From the human T2T-CHM13v2.0 reference genome, Homo sapiens, in the NCBI RefSeq assembly GCF_009914755.1, contig NC_060927.1: a stretch of DNA of 64,000 nt. One strand, given 5' to 3'. This document shows positions 15,819-30,566 of the stretch, one piece after another. The first letter of the stretch is position 1, and every line of letters starts with the position of its first letter. The position numbers and the translations under genes were made by a program. The notes under the pieces are model-generated. The model searched no databases. It was not told where the DNA came from and saw nothing but the letters and a program-made list of their open reading frames with translations.

Positions 15819-17219
15819 GGACTCTGTAGCCTGAAAGGAATCCTGGGAGCCCCCGGAATCCCTCTGGATGTAGCTTTCAGCCACAGGAAGCTCTGTTACT
15901 GAGGAGAGACTGGAGGAACCCCAGCACCAAAAACCCAGAGAGGGTGAGCACAGCAGTAGAAATTGCGATGGTATCAGCTTAGCCAGGCCCTCATTTTAGA
16001 GTAAATTACAACCACAATAATCACAGCTCCCCAGCCTTAATCCTCTGCTATGTGCAGGTGTGATGCATAGCTTGCTTCATTTACCTCGACAATTCTTCAA
16101 GGGAGATACTACAGGCCTATTTTGCAGATGAAGAAACTGAGGCTTCAGTTTCACTAGAGAGAGTAAGTGAGTTGCCTTGCAAATGGCAGAGCCAGTATTC
16201 ACACTCAAGCCTATCCGACTCAAGACCCATGTTCCTTCCAGTGTGTCAATAGTCTTGATTTAAAAGTGGGGATTATAAACCCCACTCTTTTGCAGACAGA
16301 AAAACTGAGCTCATACAGTGGAGATAACACTGAGCAAACTGAGGTTTGACTGGTTCCAAATTTCTGCCAGGCGTTTTGTGTGAGGAGCAGTTGGACCTTG
16401 CAGAATGATGAAGCTGGGGGACTGACCAAAGGGTGGTCTGATCAAACCCCTTTTGTCTACAGAGGGAGAACTGGACTCAGAGGGCATAGGTAAGCAGCTC
16501 ACGGCAGGAGGCAACAGAGTGGCAGGCCAAGCACAGAGCCCCTATCTTCAGCCTCCCAGGGATATGACTGAGCTGCTCTTGCGTATAGTGGGAACTGATC
16601 TGTCCCACCTGCCTCCTGATGGCCTCTGTGTGCCTGGCAGGGATGCCTGCCCCAGGCTGGGATGGAGGCATGTCTGCAACCTTGGAGGGGACCCAGGAGG
16701 CCAGGGCAGGTGGGGTTGACCTTGTGACTCGGAAGCTGGCTCTGTGTGAAAACACAGACAACTGGACGGGCCTGGGGCCTAGGGGTCAGCAGCCCAGCAC
16801 CTGTCTATGCTGGTGAACCCGGGAGAGAGTGGAGGGTCAGGTGAGGTGCAGAGAGCAAAAGCGAGGCTTTATTCATGGAGGTATACTGTTGTTCTCAGAT
16901 GCCCCTGCTCATCCTATACCTCCCTTAAAGGCTCAGCCTTCGGAGAGAAGCCCTCTGAAACCATCTAAACTCCCTTTTCCTCCTCTGGCTACAAGAGTCG
17001 GAATTCCGACTACCATTTCTAGAAGGCTGGTTATGTGCCAGGCCCTGGGCCAGACATGCTACAAATAAGATCTGACATTTAGCTTTCCCAACAATCCTGT
17101 GACCATGCTGTAACGAGCTAAGGCTCAGAGAGATCAAGTGACTTGTCTAAGCTCACACAGCTGATGAGCAACAGAGCCAGGGTGGCAGCTCTATTAGGAT
17201 AGAGACTTTTAAAAAAAAA

Positions 17220-17586
<367 letters not shown>

Positions 17587-19586
17587 TGAATAAATGTCTG
17601 ACTCCAAAGCCACACTCTTTGCCCTATACCCCTCTCCTTCCTGGGAACTCTCATGGGAAAATTCAATTTTGAGTGAAAATTGACTTGGAGGACTTCAGTC
17701 AAGAGTGAATCCATTAATTTCTCTTCTATGGGTACTTTCTGTACTCACCAAAATAAAGCAATAAAGAAAACTCCCCAAGTAGAGTGTCAATGACATTATG
17801 CACATTTTTATAATTAGTAATCAGGGCTGCTGTGGAACTGATTTCTTCCTCGGGAGGATTCACAAAGATGCTTGTTAGCTCATTTTGCTTTTTGTCTTTC
17901 CTGCAGACAACACGGACAGCAACAGACCTTGGTTTTTCTGTGTCTGGTCCTTCTCCGAAAGTTCAAAGCCTTTTTCATTTTGCAACACAGAGTCTCTAAG
18001 GCACCTTCCTTAAGCCATGAGTTTCTGACTTTATATTCAACCTAGGCTTTGGGGGTGTGGAAAGGGTCATCTGTATATCCTCAGATTTCCAAAAAAGGAA
18101 TTGCAAGGATGGCTTACTGCATAGCCCCCTGTTGTCCAGCAAGGCCCAAGGCCTGTTTGTTGGGTCATTACCATCCATGCCACACAGCGACTACAATTCT
18201 ACAATTACAAGTGAACTTCATCTAACTTTACTGACCATGATTTTTGTGGTTGTTCATCATTCAGGACATATAGTTCAGCATCTCACAGAGCCCTAAGTCA
18301 AAATAATGCACTTTGAGTTTTAACTTCTCAGAGCTGAAAGAGATCCTACAGATGACCGCATCTAACTTTTCCCAAAGTCTTTTTCACACCACACAGCCAC
18401 AGGATACTGTACCCGGGAAGGTTTCCTGTGTTGCGGAAGTGTGGGAAGTGCTACGTGGTCTACCTCCCTGTTAGGACCCACAACGCGTAAGGGCAGACTG
18501 AGGTTTCCAAGAAGTCCTGTAGGAAATATACTTTTGTTTAACTTTGTTCTACACCGTATTCCCAAAATTACTGGCCCAGGAGGGGGAAGCCTTCTGTGTT
18601 TTCTTTCTTTTTCAATTTATGGAAAATTCTTTGGGAAATAAAACTCTTATCAGACCCCACCTCTCCACCTCCCAATTTTACAGATGTAGAAAGTGATGAT
18701 CAGCGGAGGAAAGAGAAAAAGCGGCCAGAAGTTGTCCATAGGCCAGGCCTGGGATATATGTCTTAACTCCAGGTTCACGATTCCTCTCAGCCACACCTCC
18801 CAGGTAGGACTGTCAAATGGTTGTTAACAGAGATAGCAGGATAGTAAAGTGCAGATTGACCCAGGTTTTATTGCACCAGGTTTTGCTGATTCTGAAGCCA
18901 AGTGTGCTGAAAAAGATAACTGTGGAGCAAGTTCACTTCAAGTCATCCCAGGTGACTGTTTTCACGCCTGCATTTGAGAGCACAGGGGCTGAACATGACC
19001 ACCCTCCCTCTTCTCCAGCTGTAGATGACTCCTTATAAAGAAGATTTGGGGTAGATGGAAGATGGGAAGGCGGGAAGGGCGGGTGGTCAGCGACAAAAAG
19101 GCCATCACACGTCAGCCCGCTGGAGTGGTTGCTTGACTACAGCGATGGTGGCCCCTCACTGAATGGGACAGGATACTGCAATGGTGAAACTCTGGGTTTA
19201 AATCCTGGCCCCACAGAACAACTTCATGACCTTAGACAAAAAACGTAATCTCTCAGGGCCCCAGCTTCCCACTGTGAAAATGGGATAATAATGGCACCTA
19301 CATTTTCCTGGCACTGCTCTCTCAGAGGAGCTTATGCCATGATTTCTTCATAGGGAACATGGGGTAATAAATACAAAGTTCCTGACATAGAAGGAGGTTT
19401 TCTAAAAGACACTGAGAGGCTCACCTGGTGGCTTCCTGTCATAAACCTGAAGTGGCGGTGGGGGTGGCTGGAGCAGGTAGCCCAGGAGGTCCTTTAGGCT
19501 GGCATGCAGCAGGAAGAGCAGAGAAGGGGGTAATAATTTGGGTAAAGATAAGGGGGAGATGCTCAGTCCACAATGATGAAGGGCAT

Positions 19587-19748
19587 TTTTTTATTTTCTT
19601 GAGACAGGGTCTGGCTCTGTCACCCAGGCTGGAATGCAACAACATAATGATGGCGCACTGCAACCTTGACCTCCTGAGCTTGAGCAATCCTCCAGTTTCA
19701 GCATCCCAAGCAGCTGGGCCTACAGATGTGTGCCACCACACCTGGCTA

Positions 19749-19787
<39 letters not shown>

Positions 19788-19910
19788 TTTGTAGAGACAG
19801 GCCTCACTATGTTGCCCAAGCTGGTCTCAAACCCCTGGCCTCAAAAACAATCATCCCTCCTCAGCATCCCAAAGTGCTGGGATAACAGGTGTGAGCCACT
19901 GCACTGGGCC
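19587..19910 (-). mobile_element. AluJ with (TG)n in its central linker (19751-19782)
   Basis: Alu arms flanking ~16 TG units; TSD-like AAGGGCAT on both sides. Confidence 0.9.
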
Positions 19911-20911
19911 AAGGGCATAATTTTTAATGAAAATTAAGGCAAAGAACAGTTATGGGAGACAAATAGATGACAGTATCAAGGACTTTTTCATTAGCAATTA
20001 ACAACAACAAAATAAAACCTCAAACTGGCTTAAGGAAAAAAAAAAGAGCAGCGGGAGCTGACTGTAGACATGGCTGCATTCAGGAGCGCAGGCTATGCCA
20101 CCAAGAATCGGTCTTGCTCCGTCCCTTGGCTTTGCTCACCCTGCTATTGACTCCGTTCTCAGTCAGATGCTCCCCTCGTTCCCCTCGTGGTGACAGGATG
20201 GCGCAGCAGCCCCTAGTGGACATTCTGCAGCTCAGTCACCCACCTCATTCCCGAAACGCCAACCAAAGCCCCAGGATTCATTATGGTTGGCCCAGCCCAG
20301 GTCATGTGCCCCTTCCAATTACTGGCACTGATTGGCCGGTTCTGGTGATAAAGCAGACACGGGGCTGGGACCCTGGTCTCCTGCCTTCTTTGAGTTTCCT
20401 GACTTGTCCGTTCGTCTTCAACTGGCCCACTGTTCCCCGGGCTCTTAAAACCACACCTCATTTAGGCCTCTGGCAAGAAATGGCTACATCCTCTACAGCG
20501 GTCTTTTGCATTGACTTGGACTCTTCTGTTGGCTTAAAGGCAGATTCAGGACATGCCAGTTCAGATAGAGGGAGACAGACTCGTGTGTGATCCTGGGATG
20601 GCAGAGGATTTTTCATCTGATGTGCCAGTTATGGTTAATAGTGGCTGCCCGAGGGCTGTTTTGCAGAGGATGGTAAAGCTAAGTCCAGACTCGGAGGGAA
20701 AAGAAGCTGTGATTGATTAATAATGTCTGCCAGGAGCCCCGGAGCAGTCAGTGGTGGCCGACTTGCCGTGTATCGGCCAAACTTCATTGCAGAAAGAGCA
20801 CGGATCACGGAAAGCAGCAGCCCTGTTCACAGACACCTCCACCTCTCAGCCCTGCGATCACACGCTAGTTACTTAGCTTTACAGGAAACAATTCTCCCAT
20901 TTGCACAATGA

Positions 20912-21481
<570 letters not shown>

Positions 21482-22546
21482 GGGAAAATTTTCTTGAGTT
21501 CGAACTTCTTTTTTTGAAATATGCGCTGTTGACACCTGGCCTTATCCCTTCAGGCCTTCACAGTTCAGGCCGTTTGGCCCCGCTTCTCCTCGTTGACTTT
21601 CCCACCAACAGTGCATTGACCAGCACCACCGTCTGAGAACTCACAAAGGATCTGATTTACCTTCCTAGGATTCCGTATCACCTCTTCTTACACCAAGGGA
21701 CCCAGTGCATGGCAAAAGCTGTATGAAAGTGGGCACATGGCCACAGAACAGACAGGTTTTTCCAAGGAAGGCATCAGCAGAAGCTGCTTGCTGGCTCTTT
21801 GCTAGAAGCACAGCTAAGGAGCCTGCCTAGGGGAGATACCTGGCACGGTTGGCATGCTATACTGTTTTTCATTGAGGTAAAATTCGTATAACATAAAATT
21901 CACCATTTTAGCCATTTTAAAATATACAATTCAGTGACTTTTAGTGCATTCACAGGATAGTGCAACCATCACCACTATCTAATTCCAGAACATTTTCATT
22001 CATTCAAAAGACACCTTAGACTCATCCAGCAGTCATTCCCATTTTCCCCTCTCCTCAGCCCCAGAAAACAGCTAATTTGCTTTCTGTCTGTATAGATTCA
22101 CCTGTTCTGGACACTTCATATAAATGAGATCACACAAGTCATGGCCTTTTGTGTCTGTCTTCCTTCCCTTAGCAAAACGTCTTTATCCAAGTTGAAGTAT
22201 GAATCAGTACTTCATTCCTTCTTATGTCTGAATAATGTCCTATTGTGTGGATATACAATATTATGTTTATTCATTTGGCTGTTGTGAATAGTGCTGCTAT
22301 GAAATTCTTGTAGAACTTTTTCTTTGAACACCTGTCTTCAGTTATTTGGGGTATGTACTTAGGAGCAGAATGGCTGGCTCATATAGTAATTCTGTTTAGC
22401 TTTTTGAAGAATAGCCAAACTCTTTTTCCCAGCAGCAGCACCATTTCACATTCCTCCCTCCAGTTTCTCAACATCTTTGCTAACATTTGTTATTTTTTGT
22501 TTTTAAAATCATAGCCATTCTAGGAGCTGGGCAGTGATATCTCACA

Positions 22547-22705
22547 CACCCTCCCTCCCTCCCTCCCTCCTTCCTTCCTTCCTTTTCCTTCCTTCCTTTT
22601 CCTTCCTTCCTTCCTTTCTTCCTTCCTTCCTTCCTTTCCTTCCTCCTTCCCTCCCTCCCTCCCTCCCTCCCTTCTTTCCTTCCTCTCTCCCTCTCTTTCT
22701 TTCCT
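22547..22705. repeat. (CCCT)n/(CCTT)n pyrimidine-only tract derived from an Alu tail
   Basis: ~160 bp made only of C and T. Confidence 0.95.
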
Positions 22706-22993
22706 TTTTTTTTTTGACAAGGTCTCACTCTGTCACCCAGACTGGAGAGCAGTGGCACAATCACAGCTCACTGCAGCCTCAAACTCCTGGGCTCAAGTGG
22801 TCCTCCTGCCCTGGCACCTATAGCTGGAACTATAGGTGCACATCACCATGCACAGCTAATTTTTGCATTTTTTTTGTAGAGACAGGGTTTTGCCATGTTA
22901 CCCAGGTTGATCTTGAGCCCAGGGATTAAGCAATTGGCCCACCTTGGCCTCCCAAAATGTTGGGATTACAGGCATGAGCCATCGTGCCCAGCC
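22706..22993 (-). mobile_element. AluJ
   Basis: GGTCTCACTCTGTCACCCAG...CACAGCTCACTGCAGCCTCAAACTCCTGGGCTCAAG...CCATCGTGCCCAGCC. Confidence 0.9.
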
Positions 22994-23094
22994 TCGTGGT
23001 AGTTTTGATTGGTGTTTCTCCAATGATTAATGAAGATAACCATCTTTTGTGTGCTTATTGGCCATTTCTATATCTTCCTGAAATGTCTATTTGA

Positions 23095-23410
<316 letters not shown>

Positions 23411-26400
23411 AGGGTATAATTTTTTTAACATGCTGCTAGAATCAGTTTGCTAGTATTCTGTTGAAGATCTTTACATCTATATTCATAGAATATGAGCCTC
23501 TACTTTTTTTTTCTTGTTATGTCTGTGTGTGACTTTGGTATCAGAGTAATTTTGGCCTCATAAAATGAGTTAAATAGTGTTTCTGCCTCTTCTATTTTTT
23601 GAAAGAGTTGAGAAACATTCATGTTAATTCTTCTTTAAACATTTGGTAGAATTCACCAATGAAGCTATTTGGTCCTGAGATTTTCTTTGTTAAAAGTTCT
23701 TTGATTACTAATTTCATCTCTTTACTTGTTATAGGTCTATTCAGCATTTCTATTTCTTCTTGAGTTAATTTTGGTAGTCTGTATGTTTCTAGGAATTTGT
23801 CCATTTTATCTGGGTTTTCTAATTTGTTGGTGTACAATTATTCGTATTATTTGCTTATACTCTTTTATTTCTGTAAGGTCGTTGGTAATGTCTCCACTTT
23901 TATTTCTGCTTTTTGAGTAATGTGAATCTTCTCTGTTTTTGCTTAGGTAATCTAGCTAAAGTTTTGTCAATTTTAAAACACCTTTTCAAGGAACCAACTT
24001 TTAATTTCATTGATTCTCTTTATTGTTTCTACTCCATTTCATGTATCTCTGCTCTTATCTTCATTATTTCCCTCCTTCTGCTTGCTTTGATTTAGTTTGC
24101 TCTTCTTTTTCTGCTTCCTTAAGGTATAAAGTTAGATTATTTGAGATCTTTCTTCTTTAATGTAGGCATTTACAGCTATATATATATCCATCTGCACACT
24201 GCTCTCACTGCATCCCATAATTTTTTATTGTGTTTTTATTTTCATTTATCTCAGAGTATTTTTTAATTTCCCTTGTGATTTTTTATTGAACCATTGGTCA
24301 TTTAAGAGTGTGTTTTTAAATTTCCACATACTTGTGAAATTTCCAGTTTTTCTTCTGTTATTCATTTCTAATTCCATCCCATTGAGATTGGAGAATATAC
24401 ATTTTATGATTTCAATCTTAAAATTTATTAAAACTTGTTTTGTGACCTAACATATGTTCTACCTGGAGAATGTTTCATGTGCACTTGAGAAGAATATGTA
24501 CTTTGTTGTCCTTGGGTGTTTTGTATATGTGGTAGGTCTTGTTGGTTTATAACTATAACTATAATTATAGTGTTATAGTTATAACACTATAAACTTGTTC
24601 AAGTCTCCTATTTCTTTGTTTATCTTTCATCTAGTTTTTCTATCCATTATTGAAAGTGAGGTGTTGAAATATCTAGAATATGTAGAGCTGTCTATTTCTT
24701 CCTTCAATTCTGTCAGTTTTTGCTTTATATATTTTGGGTCTCTTTTTTGGGGTGGATATATGTTTGTAATTTGTATATATCCTTGATGGATTGACCCTTT
24801 TATCATTATATAGTGTCCTTCTTTGTCTCTTGTGACAATTTATGCCTTAAAGTCTATTTTGTCTGATATCAGTGTAGCCACTTCAACTCTCTTTCAGTTA
24901 CTATTTGCATGTGTTGCCTTTTTCTGTTCTCTCACTTTCATTCAATTCATGTCCTTGGAGACAGTGTAGAGTTTGATCATGGTTTGTTTGTTTAATCCAT
25001 TCTGAAAAATCTGTCATTTAATTGTAGAGTTTAAACCATTTACATTTAATGTAATTGCTGATGGAGAGGGCCTTACTCCTGCCATTTTGCTATTTTTTCT
25101 ATATCTCATATTTTTTGTCCCTCAATTTCATTTCATTGCTGCCTTCTTTTATGTTAGATAAATATTTTCCATATGCCATTTTGATTTCCTTCTCGTTTAT
25201 TTTACTATATACTTTTTAGTTATTTTCTTAGTGGTTGCCTGGGGATTACAATTAATTTATAACAATTAGATAAGTTCAAATTAGTACCAACTAATTTCAA
25301 TAGTATAACAAACATTACTTCTGTATTCTGTTCTCCCATCTGCTTATGTTGTTACTGTCATCAGTTACATCTTTATGCATCATGTGCCCATCAATGTATA
25401 TTTATTATTATTTGTTTATGTAGTTATTTTTGAAATCATATAGAAAAAAAGAGGAGTTACAAACCACAAATGCCTTTATACTGACTTTTCTATTTATTTA
25501 CATGATTACCTATACTGGTGTTCTTCATTTCTCCATGTAGATTCAAGTTTCTTTTTAGTGTCCTTTCATTTCAGTCTGAACGACCTCCTTTACACTTCTT
25601 GCAGGGCAGGTCTACTAGCAATGAACTCTCTCAGTTTTTCTTTATCTGGAAATGTCTTCATTTCTCTTTCATTTTTGAAGAATATTTTTCCTGGATATAA
25701 AAGTATTGGTTAACCATTTTATTCTTTCAATATTTTGAGTAAGTCATCCCACTGTCTTCTGGCCTCCTTCGTTTCTGATAAAAAACCAGCTGTATTTCTT
25801 ATTAAGGATGCCTTGTATGTGATGAATCACCTCTCTTCTGCTGCTTTCAGGATTCTGTCTTTGGTTTTCAACAGTTTGATTATGAAGTGTTTCACTGAGA
25901 CTTGAGGTCCTTGGATGTGTATATTCATGTCTTTGATCAAATTTGGCAAATTTTGGCCTTTATTACTTCAACTATTATTTCTCTCTCTCTCTCTCTCTCT
26001 CCTCTCTCCTCTCCTTTTCTTTCCTCTCCTCTCCTTCTGAAACTCCTAGGTACTCTTGAAAGTGTACCTCAGGTGTCTTAGGCTTCATTCGTTTTTCTTT
26101 ATTTTTTTCCTTTCTGCTCCTCATACTGAGTAATCTCAATTGACCTTTCTTCAAGATTGCTGATTCTTTCTTCTACTTGTTCAAATATGCTGTTGAATCT
26201 CTCTGAAAAAAAATTATTTTAATTATTGTAGTTTTCAACTTTAGATTTTCTCCTTGGTTCCCCTTACAATTTCTATCATATCATTGGTAATCTCTATTTT
26301 TTTGAAATATAATTCTCATTATTTCCTTTAGTTTTTTGTACATAGTTTCCTTTAGCTCTTTGGGTATATTTTAAATAGTTGGTTTATATTCTGTTTAGTA

Positions 26401-27510
26401 AGTTCAATGTCTTGTCTTCCTCAAGAACTGTTTCTATTATTTCTTTATTTCCTGTGTATGGGCTACACTTTCTCGTTTCATTGCATGACTCATAATTTTT
26501 TGTTGAAAGCTGAACATTTTGAATATTATGATATGGCACATCTGGAAATCATCTTCCTCCCACCAGGGTTTATTGCAGCTGCTTTTTGTGATTGTTGTTG
26601 TTTGATTGCTTAGTTCTCTTTCCTTAATTAATTTTGAAAAGACTTTATTTGTTGTTGTATATAGCCACTGAAGTCTTTGTTTTGTTAGCCTAGTGGTCAG
26701 CTGGTGATTTAAATACAGACATGTATTCTTTGCCTGGAACAAAAAAAGAAAATAAAATCTCTCGGTGTCAGCAAATGGACTCTATGTGCATGCTGGAGTA
26801 TACCTTCAACACCTGGAGAAGCACTTTACCACTCTGCCTTAGTCTTCACTTCCTCCTTGTGGAGAGCCTTGAGGTCAGCCAGAAGTGAAAACTTCTCAGG
26901 TCTTTCCTGAGCATGCACCCATTTCTGGGCATGCAAGCAGGCTTCTAGATTCCCACAAATATGTGAGAGCTTTTCAAAGCCTTTATTTCCCAATGTGTTT
27001 TAATCCCCGCTCCTTTTTCCCAACCTTTTGGTTTGTCTTTAGTTTGTCCCAACCGTTATCTATTGCCCCAAGTGGCAGCAGCTGTTACATTTGCCTTTTA
27101 AAATTTTCAACAAATTCCCCTTGAGTAGCTGCCTTAGCCCTTGGAGATCTCAGCAATGAGTCAATTCTTCAGGGAGCCACAAGACAGGTCAAAACAAACA
27201 ACCAAAGTTATTTGGAAATTAGGTCGATTCTGTCCCTTATGTACTAGGAGCCTATACAAGGAATATGGGTTGTTGGTTGTTATCTTCAAGGCCACTGCTG
27301 AGCCAGGGTAATTTAAATACCATGAAGCTCTATTATCAAGATTCTGGTGGTTTTTTGTTTTTTTCTTGATTAAATATTGTCTTGGTTGCTGTCAACTTTT
27401 AGTTAGTTTCCCAATTTCCAATAAAGTTGATTCTGACTGCTTTTGCCAGTTTATTTTCTCCTTTTGTGGAGGGATGGGCTTTTGTAGTTCCCTATTCTGC
27501 CATTTTCACT
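23411..27510 (-). mobile_element. Old L1M body (ORF2 5' half, ORF1 and 5' region), decayed
   Basis: ORF 23619-23837(-) [39 protein letters not shown]...[17 protein letters not shown] matches L1 ORF2p upstream of RT; T-rich antisense L1 composition. Confidence 0.88.
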
Positions 27511-27539
27511 TTTGGGGTGCTGACTTTTGAGAAGCAACG

Positions 27540-28686
27540 TGCACTTCAAAACAGCAGGCATTATGTGGAGCTGGAGCCCCATCAGATAGACTACATGGGA
27601 AACAAGCAGTGGAAATAAAAGTGGCCCCATCACCATTGTACACAGTGACTCATCTCAAGAATACCTTTAACTTTAGGCTCCACTGGACCAGTAATGCTGG
27701 TCCCTCAGCATGTCTGGGGTTGATGGGGAGAAGATACTTATCCCAGGGATGCCTAAAGCTGTAGCTGCTCCTTGTCATTTTAGGTTTCTCATGCCAACAG
27801 AGCAGTAGGCAAAGAAAGGAGTTCTTACACTTGTAGGAATATCAGATTCTGCCTATCATGAGGAAATAGCACTGCTGCTAGATAGTGGGGTCAGAGAAGA
27901 GGATGCCCCAAAGCTCAGGGGATTCAGTGGGGCTCATTTTGGTGTTTCACAGCCCAATGACAACACTTATGGGCAATTGCAGCAATGATAGTCTGCCCAG
28001 TGCACAGTGACCAGGGCTTCAAACCTCTAGGGATGATGACCCAGTTACCTCAGCAGACCAGCAAGCTCATATGCAGGAGTGGTGGTCAAGTATGAGGGCT
28101 ATGCAGAATGAGTAGTGACACACAGGGACAATGAACACCAATGATGACCTTAGAATTCATGGTAATTGATGGGGTCTGTAGCTTGTTTCACAAACCCTCT
28201 TTCTTAACTTCTTTGTAGAAATTGTGACAGGCAAAATCCTGAAAGAAGCAGTATCAGGAGGGAGTGGACTTAATATGGGAAAGCAGTATCCCCCAGGTCT
28301 CAGCATTCCTACACAAGCTGGCCTGACTTCTATATCCCAACACATGCATCTCTTTGCCGAGGGCTTCCTCTGGCTGCTGGAGCCTGCTGTAACCACAGGC
28401 ATGGCAGCCTAGAAGTGCCTAGAGTACTAATGCCATATCCCCAACTGCAGCCCTCGACCAGCCCAACCTCAGATAAGATGTCATGGAGGACGTCAGGATA
28501 TCATTGTGTCCTCCACTGGCTCCACGTACTCACGGGGGTAGGTTGTATGTTAACAATTCCTTTCTTGCCTCCTTGCATTCTGTCTCGGTTCACACTCCCC
28601 TACAGTACTGATTGGCATGAAATAAACTACTTGCACTCAAATCCGTGACTGAAGGTCTGCTTCTTGGGGAGCCCAGGATAAGATGC
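27540..28686 (+). mobile_element. Ancient ERVL-class remnant: internal dUTPase-like segment followed by an LTR16-like LTR
   Basis: From 27776 translates HFRFLMPTEQ*AKKGVLTLVGISDSAYHEEIALLL (ERVL dUTPase-like); LTR-like end AATAAACTACTTGCACTCAAATCC...GGTCTGCTTCTTGGGGAGCCCA. Confidence 0.65.
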
Positions 28687-28931
28687 CCCACGTCTCTCCT
28701 CCTTCCTTCGAGGAAGCCTAGTGTCTTGCTTCTGACTGTTTTCCTTCTTTTTCAAGCACAGAAAAATGGGCCATTTCGACAGACATAACAGTTTGCTCAC
28801 TGAATTGCTGCCCATTGTACTTGGAATGAGTAATAACAACAAAAGCCTCCCTAACACAGTCTACCAGAACCTGCAGTATCTGAGCCCAGCCTGCCTCCAG
28901 TCCTGTCCTCAATCACTGCTCATAGTTTTAT

Positions 28932-29387
28932 TGCAGGGAGCCGAAGGCCCATGGGAAATGACCAACTCGGCATTCCACTGGAGGCTATATGATCAAACAG
29001 CAAACTGTTTATCATGAATGCAGGATGTGGGCAAACTCACGACTGCTCCTGCCGACAGAAGGTTTGCTGGAGGCAATCACTCCCTGGTACTGAGGTTATC
29101 TATGGTGACATCTAGAGCCTCTTGTTCGAGGAATGCAGTCTTGCAAGCCTACTCTGGACTGAGCAGCTGACCCCTTCTTCCACCCCTCTTCTCACTATCT
29201 CTTTTGCCTAATAAATATGGAGGGCTGTGTAAAGCTCAGGGCCCTTGTCCACTAGAGGCAAGGTGCCCCCTGACCCCTTCTTCCAAATATACTCTTTTGT
29301 CTCTTGTCTTTTATTCCCAGGTTCGCCCCCTTGGTTCAGTCCCCCTAGGTCCATGCAGGCTACAAGTGGCACTTGAACAGGCAACAG
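28932..29387 (+). repeat. 5' LTR (LTR3-type); exact 3' end uncertain (29364 or ~29387)
   Basis: Aligns with 33673-34120; contains AATAAA near 29210. Confidence 0.9.
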
Positions 29388-29574
29388 TCCGAACACAGGG
29401 ACTATGAGGACATGAACGAAGAAGGTCTGCCGGAGCAGAGGAACTGAAATTGAAAGGTGAACAGGGATGCCGGGCCGGGTCTGCCAGCAGCGGATATAAG
29501 GTCAGTGCCCTAAGGGGGTACTGGGAGTAGTGCTTTAAGGAAGTGCTGGGAACCGGAAGTTTTCTGAATCAGGC

Positions 29575-30560
29575 TAACAAGGGGAAGAATTTGTCTGTTG
29601 AAGACAAACATCATGTGCAGCTGCTTAAAGTTCTGTTGAGACAGTCTGGAGCTCAGGTTAATTCGCAGGCACTAACTAACCTCCTGCAGAAGCCACAAAA
29701 TGTTACTATGCATAACCCATGGTTTCCCCAGGCAGGCACTCTTGATGTGGAAAATTGGGACAGAGCACGAGAAGGATTAAAACGGGCTCATCAAAAAGGT
29801 CTTAAAGTTGATTCTTCTGTTTTCTTCACTTGGAGTTCAGTTCATACTGTACTTCTGACATTATCTCCTTATTATTCTGCAGGAGAGCAGGCTGAATCTA
29901 AATCTGAAAGAATATGTTGTCCCACCCACAGCTCCAATTGAAAATAAAAAACAGGAGAGGGAGGATAAGAATTGACCTATACTCCCTCCTCCAATTGCAG
30001 AAACATCTGTACCGCCTCCTTTGGTAGCAGAAATAGAAACCCCAATACAAAGAATTTTATGCTCTGCTGCCATAGCTGGAGAGCCCTTAGGACCTCTATG
30101 CGTTATGCAAACACAGATTGTAAATGTGCGCTGGCACCTGTGAGATGTACAAAAAACATGGGAAATTTTCTCAGAACTTGTCAAGATGTAGGAACTGAGC
30201 TTCATTGCTCTTCAATGTTAGCTGAAGCAATGGCTAATTTAGTAGTTGACAAATCTAAAAGGAGCCAAGGGTCAAACCCTAAAATGGGAAAATAATTGTG
30301 GAAAAACTGGACATTTAAAAAAGGAATGCCACCAGATCTCAGGACAGAAAGGATCTTACAATGCAGTTCCCCCCACCCTGCCCCACAGCGGAAAAAATGC
30401 CAGGACTTTGTCCTTGCTGTAACAAAGGAAATCACTGGGCTAATCAGTGCTGCTCAAAATTTCATCAGATTGGCACAGCCCTGTCGGGAAATGAGATGGG
30501 GGCCTGGACCCCAGCCCCACAAACAATGAGGGCATTTCCAGCCCAAACCTCAACCCTGTT
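29575..30560 (+). pseudogene. gag: HML-6 gag remnant (matrix and two zinc knuckles; most capsid missing)
   Basis: NLSVEDKHHVQLLKVLLRQSG...HNPWFPQAGTLDVENWDRA matrix; CPCCNKGNHWANQC knuckle; frameshifts and stops. Confidence 0.88.
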
Positions 30561-30566
30561 TCAGGG

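Noticed and set aside
14034-15902. Pair of similar peptides in ORFs 14034-14513 and 15636-15902 as a duplicated gene
   Set aside because: Similarity is limited to the 168-bp DNA duplication; non-ATG starts and many nonsynonymous differences
19967-20590. 207-aa ORF
   Set aside because: Overlaps an old MaLR-like repeat and shows no protein family features
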